40,222 nt of DNA from Octopus sinensis (Eukaryota), in assembly GCF_006345805.1 (NCBI RefSeq), contig NW_021835693.1, positions 1 to 40,222 of the forward strand, in the 5' to 3' direction. Positions 24,831 through 36,825 of this stretch are shown in pieces. The notes beneath the pieces were generated by a model. It did not search any database. It worked only from the letters and a program-made list of their open reading frames with translations, and was not told the DNA's origin. Made by a program: the position numbers and the translations under genes. Position 1 is the stretch's first letter; every line of letters begins with the position of its first letter.

Positions 24831-25384
24831 GCCCTGATGCAGTACCAGAAAGTGGCTCTCATGGCTTCTCATCTTAATTGATTGGAAGTATTATCATGTA
24901 CATTGTTTTGTCTTGGTATGAAAGATGGATTTCAGCAAATATTCTGCTCAATACCACAGATTTGCTTGTCAGTTGTTTGACCTTAACCAGTTGAGCATGT
25001 CCCTTAGTGGCTGACGATATGTGCATCTCTGACCACGAGCTGAAGTAGTGGGGGAGCATCATAGCCGTGTTTTGAAAGGAATTCTTTGGGGTTTGAATAA
25101 TTCACCTCTGGAAACATGGGTGTTTCGTTCAACATCCTAAAGCAACCCTTATTCAAGGACCTTTTGAACGGGATGGGCTACTCGACCAGAAGAAAATTCT
25201 AACTGGGCCCCACCTGCAAGGTCATGTGCTGTTTATCTTGATATGAGATCACCATGTCGCGCACATACGGTTGTGATGCATGTGCCTGGTGTACCTTTAT
25301 CAGACGGGTAGTCATGATGGGTATACTGGGCTTCGTATATTTTACCCCAGTGTCACTTTGATTGCCTGCACTGCTCTCTCACTC

Positions 25385-25385
<1 letters not shown>
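24828..25385 (-). mobile_element. 558 bp repeat family D, copy 2, flanked by (AAT)n
   Basis: Roughly 93% identical to 20116-20673 by eye. Confidence 0.85.
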
Positions 25386-25445
<60 letters not shown>

Positions 25446-26850
25446 TTTTTTTATAGGCCACAAGGGCCCGACACAAAATAAAAATAAAAATAATTTATAT
25501 AAACATTCAGTGCTTTCGTAAGAAAAAAATCTTCGCTAAAAGTAATTGTGTGTGTGTGTGTGTGTGTGTGTTGATTACAATGAAGTTGCCAATCAGCAGA
25601 TGGAACTGATATGAGCTCCTGCAGTTGCAACAATTGGCTGATACGAAACTCCAAATAATGGATTCAGTCGCAGAGGACGGACGTAGAGACGCGAGTATCT
25701 GATGTGAAATAATAGTTCAGAGGTGGAAGATTGTTTTAGGTTCCAGTAAATATAGAATTACAAAACTGCGCAGAATGAAAACATCGTTGATACTTGACAA
25801 TTCTTGGAGCCACCACAGGAAGCACTGAGTGCCTGCCTCTTAATATTGGAGAGAACCAAGACACACTATGACTCTCTTGAACAAGATCCAAAAGACCTGG
25901 CGCCAAATCAGTTTCCTTTTGGTCTACAGTGCCATAAATGAAGGGTCTCGAAATGACCACACAACCTGCAAAAAATAGCAGCTAACCTCCTTTTAAAAAG
26001 TGAAAGACATTTTTAAAATGCAGTCCGAGAACCGCTCGAACGACTGGTCAGTCATAGTTGGAGTGTCTTTCATGTTATGTGTTTCGACCAGTGTTGATCA
26101 AGGCAACATTGATCCTCCTGTTTCGGTGTTTATCGAAATGCGTTTTTTTTTTTTTTGTAGATTCAGGTATTTTTTTATCCCTAAAAATTGTCCTATCTTT
26201 TGCTCATCGTATAATTCCGCAAATAATTCATCATCAACCATGATTTGGAAAAACATCATTCTGCTTACAGGCAGAATTATATGAATGTGAAGTTCTCGTA
26301 ACACAGGTCATATAATAAATTCCTATTGGAAATGCAAATGTTCAGATAACTCTACCGATCAGTTCAATATATGTCACATCAAACAAGTCACAATCGAAGT
26401 CACATCCGATGTTTGTAACGATTCGCTTTGTGATACTGTCTTCAAGATATTTCAGTTCAGACGATGTATATATCTGCTTTCAATCTGTGACCAGCACTAA
26501 CGAGTTTTGATGATCAAAATGGAAAGGCTTTTCCTGATAATTCAGATTTCCACCGAAAAAAAAAAGACAGCGTTGGAATTCGGATTCAATTCAGTCCAAA
26601 ACAAGAAATGAAGGTCTCACGACAAGAAATGGCAAGTGGATCCACATTATTTGTTGTCCATCTTCTAATAATTCCATTGACCACCGTGTCCTCTATACTG
26701 TGGTTATTTGCTTCGCCGTTTTTGCTTCATCCAAACTAACTGGTTATCCTTAATAAGATCAGTGGCCTGCTGTTTGATCTTATGCAACATGTATTTGGCT
26801 TGTTGCTTTACCATATCCCACAAACATTTTCGCTGTTACTTGACCGTATA

Positions 26851-27030
26851 CCACATACCTTTGGCTTGTTCGACGTTCCCACATACCTTTGGCTTATATG
26901 ATGTATCCCACATACCTTTGGTTTATTCGACGTATCCCACATACCTTTGGCTTGCTCGACGTATCCACATACCTTTGGCTTATTCGACGTATCCCGCATA
27001 CCTTTGGCTTATTCGACGTATCCCACATAC
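26851..27030. repeat. 28-29 bp minisatellite, six units plus a partial unit
   Basis: Unit CCACATACCTTTGGCTTATTCGACGTATC starting at 26851, 26879, 26908, 26937, 26965, 26994 and 27023. Confidence 0.9.
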
Positions 27031-27091
27031 GGAATCGAAACCATACCCTTACGATCATGAGTTCAAAACCCTAACCACCAAGCCACGCGCC
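27031..27091 (-). promoter_or_regulatory. Isolated tRNA-like SINE head (Pol III A and B boxes)
   Basis: GGCGCGTGGCTTGGTGGTTAGGG...GGTTTCGATTCC; similar to the head of the 29908 element. Confidence 0.65.
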
Positions 27092-27659
27092 GGCACTAAA
27101 TCGACGTATTATACAGTGTAAACATGTAATGCAAACACTCAAACATCTGCTCTATCTCCCCAAATCCTGCAGCATTTCACATGGAGTTTTTGGTCCTCCA
27201 AAGTCGTCTTAGAGTATAAGTCGACTTATCTGTTATTTTGCTGTAAATTTTGGTTTGAAGAATTCGATTTGTATCCCAGATGTTACACATTCTTTCACAC
27301 ACACACATTCTCTCAAACCTTTACATACTGTATTTTCCAACATACAAATCAATGTAGTATTTAGTGCAAACATGTAGCGTAGACATGTAAATATCATCAT
27401 TTGCTTTCCAAATCCTGCAGCAATTCACATGGAATTTTTGGGCCGCACAAAGTTGTCTTCTTGTATAAGTCAACCTACCTTTTTTTTTTTTTTTTTGGAT
27501 GTAGATTTCGGTCTGAAAATTTCGACAGCATATATACATTTTCACATTTAAAAAAATGAAGATATGATTTAATTATCCTTGCTGTTTATCTCATTCAATG
27601 TTGTGACACACAAGTGTGCCGCGTATAGAAACCAATGAACGAAAGCATTGTGAGTCAAT

Positions 27660-27682
27660 GAGAAATATATAATAATATAATA

Positions 27683-27746
<64 letters not shown>

Positions 27747-27959
27747 TAATAATAATAATAATAATAAATAATAATAATAATAATAATAATATGATAATAA
27801 TAATGATATAATAATATAATAATAATATGAAATAACAATAATAATAAATAATAATATTAATAATAATAATAATAATAATATAATAATAATAATAATGATA
27901 ATAATAATGATAATAATAATGATAATAATAATAATAATAATAATAATATGATAATAACA

Positions 27960-28008
<49 letters not shown>

Positions 28009-28046
28009 TAATAATAATAAAATTAATACTATAATAAATAATAATA

Positions 28047-28085
<39 letters not shown>
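27660..28085. repeat. (AAT)n microsatellite
   Basis: Direct reading. Confidence 0.95.
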
Positions 28086-28089
<4 letters not shown>

Positions 28090-28267
28090 TACAACATCCA
28101 TTCATGAATTTATTTATTCATTAATTTTTTAAATACATATTTTACCTATGAATTTGCGTGTGTATTCTGGGAATACATACAATGAGCTTCTCTGCCCTAG
28201 GTGTATGGAAAACACTCAGCGAGAAATGGAAGAAAATTTGAAGAAAGAAGGAAAAATAGTAATAATA

Positions 28268-28327
<60 letters not shown>

Positions 28328-28354
28328 TCCTTTCTACTGGAAACAAACGGCTTC

Positions 28355-28500
28355 AACTTTCACTGGTACTTAATTTATCGACCCCGAAAGGATGAAGGGC
28401 AAAGTCGACCTCGGCGGAATTTGAACTCAGAACGTAGCGGCAGACGAAATACCGCTAAGCATTTCGCTCGGTGTGCTAACGATTCTGCCAGCTCGCCACC
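28355..28500 (-). mobile_element. SINE family A, 5' part
   Basis: Reverse complement of the 9397 element. Confidence 0.8.
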
Positions 28501-28527
28501 TTAATAATAATAATCTTAATGATGATG

Positions 28528-28588
<61 letters not shown>

Positions 28589-28598
28589 TAACAATAAC

Positions 28599-28637
<39 letters not shown>

Positions 28638-28653
28638 GGAATGGGAAACTTAC

Positions 28654-28822
28654 GGTAGACAAGTTTGTTGCTCTTGGTGAAACGCTTCACCTTTTGGACA
28701 ACTGATTAGTCGTTCGTGACCCCCTTCGCACACCTGGTAGGCACGGCACCCCCACCAGTAAACACCATCACTTCTGAAACTGCAGTCTAACGGTGGGGGA
28801 GTCGGGTTACTGAAAACGCCAC
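28654..28822 (-). CDS. Internal exon of a chitin-binding peritrophin-A (CBM14) domain gene; most of domain 1
   Basis: Acceptor ttgcctttttcag|GT at 28822 and donor CC|gtaagt at 28654; 169 nt, phase 1 to phase 2. Translates (G)GVFSNPTPPPLDCSFRSDGVYWWGCRAYQVCEGGHERLISCPKGEAFHQEQQTCL(P), a typical CBM14 Cys/aromatic pattern. Confidence 0.9.
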
Positions 28823-28841
28823 CTGAAAAAGGCAACAATAG

Positions 28842-29900
28842 TTGTTGTTGTTGTTGTTGTGGTGGTGGTGGTGGTGGTGGTGGTGGTGGTGGTGGTGGTG
28901 GTTGTGGTGGTGGTTGTGGTTGTGGTGGTGGTGGTGATGGTGGTTGTGGTGGTGGTGGTGATGGTGGTTGTGGTTGCGGTTGTGGTTGTTGTGGTGGTGG
29001 TGGTGATGGTGGTTGTGGTGGTGGTGGTGATGGTGGTTGTGGTGGTGGTGGTGATGGTGGTTGTGGTTGTGGTTGTGGTGATGGTGGTGATGGTGGTTGT
29101 GGTGGTGATGGTGGTTGTGGTGGTGTTGGTGGTGGTGGTGGTGTGGTGGTGGTGGTGGTGGTGGTTGTTGTGGTTGTGGGGTGATGGTGGTTGTGTGGTG
29201 GTGTTGGTGGTTGTGGGGGTGGTGGTGGGGGGTGGTGGTGGTGGTGGTTGTGGGTGGTGGGGGTTGGGTTGTGGTGGTGGTGTGATGGTGGTTGTGGTGG
29301 TGGTGGTGATGGTGGTTGTGGTTGTGGTTGTTGTGGTGGTGGTGGTGATGGTGGTTGTGGTGGTGGTGGTGATGGTGGTTGTGGTGGTGGTGGTGATGGT
29401 GGTTGTGGTGTGGTTGTGGTGATGGTGGTTGTGGTGGTGATGGTGGTTGTGGTGGTGTTGGTGGTTGTTGTTGGTGGTGGCGGTGGTTATGGTGGTGGTG
29501 GTGATGGTGGTTGTGGTGGTGTTGGTGGTTGTGGTGGTGTTGGTGGTTGTGGTGGTGGTGGTGGTTGTGGTGGTGGTGGTGGTTGTGGTGGTTGTGGTGG
29601 TGGCTGTGGTGGTGGTTGTGGTGGTTGTGGTGGTTGTGGTGGTGGTTGTGGTTGTGGTGGTGGTGGTTGTGGCGGTGATGGTGGTTGTGGTGGTGTTGGT
29701 GGTTGTGGTGGTTGTGGTGGTGGTGGTGGTTGTGGTGGTTGTGGTGGTGGCTGTGGTGGTGGTGGTGGTGGTGGTGGTGGTGGTGGTGGTGGTTGTGGTG
29801 GTGGTTGTGGTTGTGGTGGTGGTGGTTGTGGTGGTGGTGGTGGTTGTGGTTGTGGTGGTGGTGGTGGTGGTTGTGGTGGTTGTGGTGGTGGTTGTTGTTG
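28842..29900. repeat. Degenerate (GGT/TGT)n tract, about 1.05 kb, intronic
   Basis: Direct reading; it begins about 20 nt upstream (minus-strand sense) of the 28822 acceptor. Confidence 0.95.
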
Positions 29901-29907
29901 TGGTGAA

Positions 29908-30228
29908 GGCACGTGGCTTAGTGGTCAGGGTATTCGGCTCACGAGCTTGCGCTCGTCAGTTCGATTCCCGGTGGTGCGTTGTGTCCTTGAGCAAGAAACT
30001 TTATTTTTCACGTTGCTCCAGTCCACTCAGCTGGCAAAAATGAGTTGTACCTGTATTCCAAAGAGGCCGGCCTTGTCACATCTTGTTTCACGCCGAATCT
30101 TAATGAGAATTACGTTAAGGTTACACATGTCTGTGGAGTACTCAGCCACTTGCACATTAATTTCCCGAGCAGGCTGTTCCGTTGATCAGATTAACTGGAA
30201 CCCTCGTCGTAGTAACCGACGGAGTACC
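29908..30228 (+). mobile_element. SINE with the family C core and tail and a different tRNA-like head
   Basis: ggcacgtggcttagtggtcaggg...cagttcgattccc head; tail gccggccttgtcac...gagcaggctgttccgttgatc...aaccgacggagt matches family C. Confidence 0.8.
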
Positions 30229-30469
30229 AGTTGTTTGTTGGTGGTGGTGGTGGTGATGCAAGTGGTTATGATTTTGGTGGTAGTTGTGGTGATGGTGATA
30301 GTGGTGGTGGTGGTATATTTATTCCTGTTGTTGTTGCTTTTGTTATTGTTGATGTAGAGATCATTGTTGTAAGTGACATCGTTTTCATCGTCTTTGTAGT
30401 TATTGCTTTTGTAGTTATAGTAGTAGTAGTAGTTGTTTAACTTCAATCGCACAAATCCGTACTCTCTTT

Positions 30470-30690
30470 TCACTCTCTCTTTTACTCTCTTTTACTTGTT
30501 TCAGTCGTTTGACTGTGGCCATGCTGGAGCACCGCCTTTAGTCGAGCAAATCGACCCCGGGACTTATTCTTTGTAAGCCTAGCACTTATTCTATCGGTCT
30601 CTTTTTGCCGAACCGCTAAGTGACGGGGACATAAACACACCAGCATCGGTTGTCAAGCAATGCTAGGGGGACAAACACAGACACACAAAC
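30470..30690 (-). mobile_element. 3' half of SINE family B
   Basis: Reverse complement of the 20960-21150 tail. Confidence 0.8.
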
Positions 30691-31100
30691 ACACATATGT
30701 TCAAAAATTTCATTCATGGCCGTCCCATATACCGAATACAAAAAGGACAATATTCTCTAATGTGTCTTTTTTAGAATAGCTTGCGATTGATGATGGTGGT
30801 GGTGGAACAGGAAATTAGGTCACTGTAGTTGTGCTAAGAATAAAGTATGCCCCTTAAACTCTAGATGTTTGATGACGAACCTAATGTATAGATGTAAAAT
30901 CACTTCTGAGGGAAGGGTGTACTTCTACATAGAGACAAGATCGTTAAATTTCAAAAGATTAACAAAACATTTAAAGCCATTTAAGGATAGAAAATGAATA
31001 ACACGAGACTAAACAAACTAATCTGGTATCTTAAAGACAGGAACTATAGCTATACTACGGAATAGAAAATAATTAGTAGGCTAAACGGTATCGTTGAGGA

Positions 31101-31339
31101 GGTAATTGATGTGAGCTGTGTATAGAAGAAATGTACCAAATCTTTACACCGAGACACAAATTACTTATTAGCAGGCTGGGACAGGCCTTAAGATGCTTGC
31201 TTAAACATACCAAAACATTTGGTATTGATGTGAGCTGTGTATAGAAGAAATGTACCAAATCTTAACACCGAGACACAAATTACTTATTAGCAGGCTGGGA
31301 CAGGCCTTAAGATGCTTGCATAAACATACCAAAATATTT
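31101..31339. repeat. Tandem duplication of a unit of about 120 bp
   Basis: ggtaattgatgtgagctg...cataccaaaacattt (31101-31220) repeated at 31221-31339 with few differences. Confidence 0.9.
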
Positions 31340-31489
31340 TTAAAAATTCAACGAACGGTCTAGTTAACTCAATATCCCACCCACAGATGGGCGGGAAAGG
31401 AAGACTAGAAGCACATATCCTAAACTCTCAAATACATGGCTTTTTCCTAACCAACCAAGTATATATTCTGTCTACCTTCTACTACCCAA

Positions 31490-31716
31490 GGCGGCGAGCT
31501 GGCAGAATCGTTAGCACGTCGGGCCAAATGTTTATCAGTATTTCGTCTGTCGTTACGTTCCGAGTTCAAATTCCGCCGAGGTCAACTTTGCCTTTCATCC
31601 TTTCGGGGTCGATAAATTAAGTACCGGTTACGCACTGGGGTCGATGTAATCGACTTAATCCGTTTCTCTGTCCTTGTTTGTCCTCTCTGTGTTTAGCCCC
31701 TTGTGGGTAGTAAAGA
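31490..31716 (+). mobile_element. SINE family A
   Basis: Matches 9397-9615. Confidence 0.85.
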
Positions 31717-32324
31717 AATATATATATCACAGCCACGAAAATATATGAATAACAAAAGACATTACATTACAAGGACTACACTTGAAAATAAGGTTATTAA
31801 GCACCCAACTACTACAATACACAGCGAAGCCTGTCAAAAAATTAACATTAACCTCGACCTAATTAAATAGAATCTTAAACGAGGTCAACTACTCAAACTT
31901 ACAAACAGATCAGATTTCATATTTAAAACAACCTCCCGTTCCTTCCCCCTGAACCCTAACCAACAAACAACTAACTGTATTCAGTTCGCTTCGAGACTAG
32001 CCAAATGGACAGACGCTGGATGACAGACGCTGCACAGAAAATTAAGCCCGGTTGTATCTGCAGCTGCCCATACTCTGTTCAGTGGAAACACGTGTAGGAG
32101 GTAATAACCGTAAAAATATGCTGTATGAAATTGTAAAATAAAAGCGAAATAATTGGTTGCATCTTTCGATTAAATGGAGTTGCTTGAAACGATCGTACTC
32201 TAGATATCCTTATTGCTTATTTTGATTTTTATCACATTATTTTGAAATTATATGGATAATACCGTATTAAGTTCTGGTGCGTCAACTTAAGTACCATATC
32301 CATCTGAATTAAAATTTTTACTAG

Positions 32325-32373
<49 letters not shown>

Positions 32374-32560
32374 TATGCCGAATTCTGAAGTGAGACTCTC
32401 GACTCCACGCCTTGTTACATAGGAAACGACCATCGTCTATGTATAAACCTCCGAGAATTCAGCGTGTAGGCAGTTTGATATGCACGCACGCACACACACA
32501 CACACACACTCAAACACACACACACTCAAACACACACACACACACACACACACACTCACT

Positions 32561-32596
<36 letters not shown>

Positions 32597-32763
32597 TATG
32601 TGTATATATATATGTTCATATGCATATATGCTCACATGCATATACATATACGTGTGTTGTCGCTAATTTTAGTCGAATTTTGCGATCCCATGCTGAAAAA
32701 TCAATGCACGCTGTTTGGTGAGAAGGAACGGATCAGATATCAAATTGAAGTAAATCTCCCCCA

Positions 32764-32880
32764 CGAAACAAAGAAGAAGAAGAAGAAGAAGAAGAAGAAG
32801 AAGAAGAAGAAGAAGAAGAAGAAGAAGAAGAAGAAGAAGGGGAAGAAGAAGAAACAAGGTAAATAGAAATAATAATAATA

Positions 32881-32940
<60 letters not shown>

Positions 32941-33046
32941 TAATAATGATAATAATAATAATAATAATAATTATTATTATTATTATATTATTATTATTAT
33001 ATTATTATTATTATTATAACAATAACAATAATAATAATAATAATAA

Positions 33047-33123
<77 letters not shown>

Positions 33124-33135
33124 CAACAACAACAA
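32764..33135. repeat. (AAG)n/(AAT)n/(ATT)n compound microsatellite
   Basis: Direct reading. Confidence 0.9.
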
Positions 33136-33512
33136 CATGTCAAGTAAGAATAAATTTCAAAGAAAAATTATCAATAAAAAATATAATGCTACCCGACCGA
33201 ATTCTACAAATGCCTCGCCCCCCCCCCACCCACATAACAATAAATAAAGGTTAGCTCAATTTCTGATAATTTAATTTTTCAAATTTCAGTTTTTATTTGT
33301 TTATATTAATAGTTTATTATGTTTGTTTGATTGATGCTGTTGATATTTTTTTTATGTTTGTTTGTTTTTTGTTTGTGTTTTTTTGTTTATTATTGTAATC
33401 AGGTTTTCCCCCCACCCGCTCATCGACCCACTACTTTTTCCTTACAACATTCAATACCTAATAATGTATCAAGTTCTGATTCGACGGAGTATGAGGGATC
33501 ACTGTCGTCACT

Positions 33513-33550
<38 letters not shown>

Positions 33551-33613
33551 CATCCTCATCATCATCATCCTCATTACCATCATCACCATCATCATCATCA
33601 TCATCATCATCAT

Positions 33614-33644
<31 letters not shown>

Positions 33645-33997
33645 TACCATCATCATCATCATCATCAAAATCCACCGCACAAAAGGCAACAAAAATATCA
33701 TTTGCGGAATTTTTTCTTGAATGATGCAATTTGCCAATGAGATGAAAAGCAGAATGATAATGGTTTCAAATTTTGGCACGAGGCCAGCAGATTTGAGAGA
33801 GCTGGGTGGGAGGGGGTAAGTCGATTACATTGACCCCAGTGTTCAATTGGTACTTATTTTATCAACTCCGAAAGGATGAAAGGCAAAGTCGACATCGGCG
33901 GAATTTGAACTCAGAACTTCAACGCTATATTCCAGTTCTTTATTAATCTCCTGACAAAATTTAAAATGTTATCAGACACTATTATTTATTATAAAGA

Positions 33998-34042
<45 letters not shown>

Positions 34043-34224
34043 GAGGCATTAGCATGCCGAGCGAGAAATGCTTAGCGCTATTTCGTCTGCTTATCCCACT
34101 AATGTTGACTTTGCCCTTCATCCTTTCGGGGTCCATAAAGCAAGTACCAGTTGAGCACTGGGGTCGATGTATTCGACTTACCTCCTGATTGCCAAAATTT
34201 GAAAAATTTCATCATCATCATCAA

Positions 34225-34257
<33 letters not shown>

Positions 34258-34263
34258 CATCAA

Positions 34264-34298
<35 letters not shown>

Positions 34299-34306
34299 TA
34301 TTATCA

Positions 34307-34351
<45 letters not shown>

Positions 34352-34676
34352 TATTATTATCATCATTATTATTATTATATTATTATTATTATATTATTAT
34401 ATATTATCATCATCAATATTATTATTATATATTATCATCAATATTATTATTATTATTCCATGTTTTACTTTTGCTTCGTATTTGTACAAGTTGACTCCAA
34501 GTCTCACCCAGAGACCTCAAGAGACAACAAGTTAGAAGTTCATGTTGGTGTTTTACCTAGTTTTACCTATTTGGTTTTGCACATAGTATTGTTCTAGAGA
34601 ATGTTTAAGAAAGCATAAGAAAATTAGAATGTTTAAGAAAACATAAAATTTTATCATTATTATTATTATTATTATA

Positions 34677-34783
<107 letters not shown>

Positions 34784-34854
34784 ATTATTTCATCATCATC
34801 ATTTTCATATGCATATACACTCAACAGATCAGGCTATTGGAAAAGAAAAGAATC

Positions 34855-35325
34855 CTAACATCGGGCTACAACAAGTAACCTTAGATGCCAAGAACCCTCC
34901 TAAGTATCCTAGCTGTCCCTAATAACACTGTTTTCTGGAACTGTACAAAACTGGGGTTTTTTTTGTCTATTTCAGATCTTTAGGGATAGTTCCCAATGCA
35001 CCTATAACAATTGGAATACATTTTACCCGCACTTTCCATAGTCTCTGATACTCAATAGCTAGGTCCTGGTACTTTGCTATTTATTCTATACCTCTCGTAT
35101 TAATTTTCTTATCATTTGGGACTGTAAAGTCAATTATCTGAGCACTTTCTATTCTCTTTATTTACTGCTACCAAATCAGGCCTTCTAGCATCTATTACTC
35201 TGTCAGTCCGAATGTTAAAGTCCCACAACGTCTTGTATTCTTAACTTTCTAGTACTTTACCAGGTTCATGTTCATACCATTTATCAGTATGTTCAAATCC
35301 TAGTTTTCTACATAGCTCCCATTGG
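34855..35325 (-). pseudogene. Degraded RLE-type LINE 3' fragment flanked by (ATT)n
   Basis: QWELCRKLGFEHTDKWYEHEP...LWDFNIRTDRVIDARRPDL...KYQDLAIEL...QKTVLLGTARILRRVLGI*. Confidence 0.85.
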
Positions 35326-35599
35326 ATTGCTAGTATTATTAGTATTACTATTATTACTATTATTATTATTATTTTTCCTTCTTTCTTCAAATTTTCTTCC
35401 ATTTCTCGCCGAGTGTTTTCTGTACAGAGAAGCTCATTGTATGCATTCCCAGATTACACACGCAAATTCACAGGTAAAATATGTATTTAAAAAAAAAATA
35501 AATAAATAAATTCATGAATGGATGTTGTTTTCACGGCAATAATGCTTTTCTCAGTACATGAGCCGTTCCTGTTAACACGATTTTTTGCACTTCCTGTAG

Positions 35600-35819
<220 letters not shown>

Positions 35820-36209
35820 GTTTCAAATTTTGGCATAGTAATTTTGGGGAAGGGGTTGAATCGATTACACCGACCCCGTCCCCCGACTGGTTCTTATTTT
35901 ATCGACCCCGAAAGGATGAAAGGCAGAGTCGACCACGGCAGAATTTGAACTCAGAACATGAAAACAGACAAAATGCCGCAAAGCATTTCGATATCTTGTC
36001 ATGCGATGTTTATTTTGATACGAGACCACCATGTAGCACACATATGGTTGTGATGCATGTGTCTGGTGTACCCTTATCAGACGGGTAATCGTGATGGGTA
36101 TATTGGAATTCGCATATTTGTACCCCGGTGTCACTTTGATGTCATGAACTGCTGTCTCACTCACTGATGATGATGATGATGAGGAGGAGGAGGAGGAGGA
36201 GGAGGATTA

Positions 36210-36680
36210 GCCATGGAGCCAAAACCGCTTAATGTGGTATATATAAAATGCCTCGAAGCCACTATTGAAACACACAAAGAAGGCCAGCGTCATTAAAACT
36301 GAAAAGTGTGTAACGAAAGAAAAACTTAAACAAGAAATGGACAAAAAAAAAAAATAAAAGGAAAACGCACGGAAAGAAAAAAAATGTGCGGTCACTTGGC
36401 AAGAGATGTGGACGCCAAGACAGATACAGAGAACCGGTGGCTATGGACGAGGAGAAGTGACCTAAAGATAGAGACAGAAACACTCATATGCGCAGCTCAA
36501 GAACAAGCATCAAGGACGAACTATATGAAGTGCAGAATAGATAATACTACCGACAGCGACAAATGCAGAATGTGTGGTGAGGGGGATGAAACGGTATGGC
36601 ACCTTTTTAGCGAATGCCCGAAATTGGCACAAGGCGAATACAAAAAACACCATGACAATGTAGCAAGAATTGGGAGCTCT
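36210..36680 (+). pseudogene. RLE-type LINE fragment with CCHC zinc knuckle (copy 1)
   Basis: LKIETETLICAAQEQA...DKCRMCGEGDETVWHLFSECPKLAQGEYKKHHDNVARI. Confidence 0.85.
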
Positions 36681-36784
36681 GTGGAAATTACGGGAATTCT
36701 GTGGAAATCACGTGTGTGTGTGTCTGTGGAAAACATGTGTGTGTGTGTGTGTCTGTGGAAAACATGTGTGTGTGTGTGTGTTGC

Positions 36785-36825
<41 letters not shown>

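Noticed and set aside
26851-27030. CRISPR-like 29 bp repeats
   Set aside because: Units are head-to-tail with no unique spacers, in eukaryotic context with no cas genes.
29191-30357. 388 aa Gly/Cys-rich ORF, plus overlapping poly-Val, poly-Trp and Pro/Gln ORFs, resembling a structural protein
   Set aside because: (GGT)n lacks stop codons in several frames; the ORF runs into a SINE and lies antisense, just upstream of the acceptor of a real exon.
33420-33779. Candidate first exon of the CBM14 gene (hydrophobic stretch, phase-1 gtaagg donor near 33447)
   Set aside because: It starts within a SINE end and spans a (GAT)n tract; it is not a credible signal peptide.
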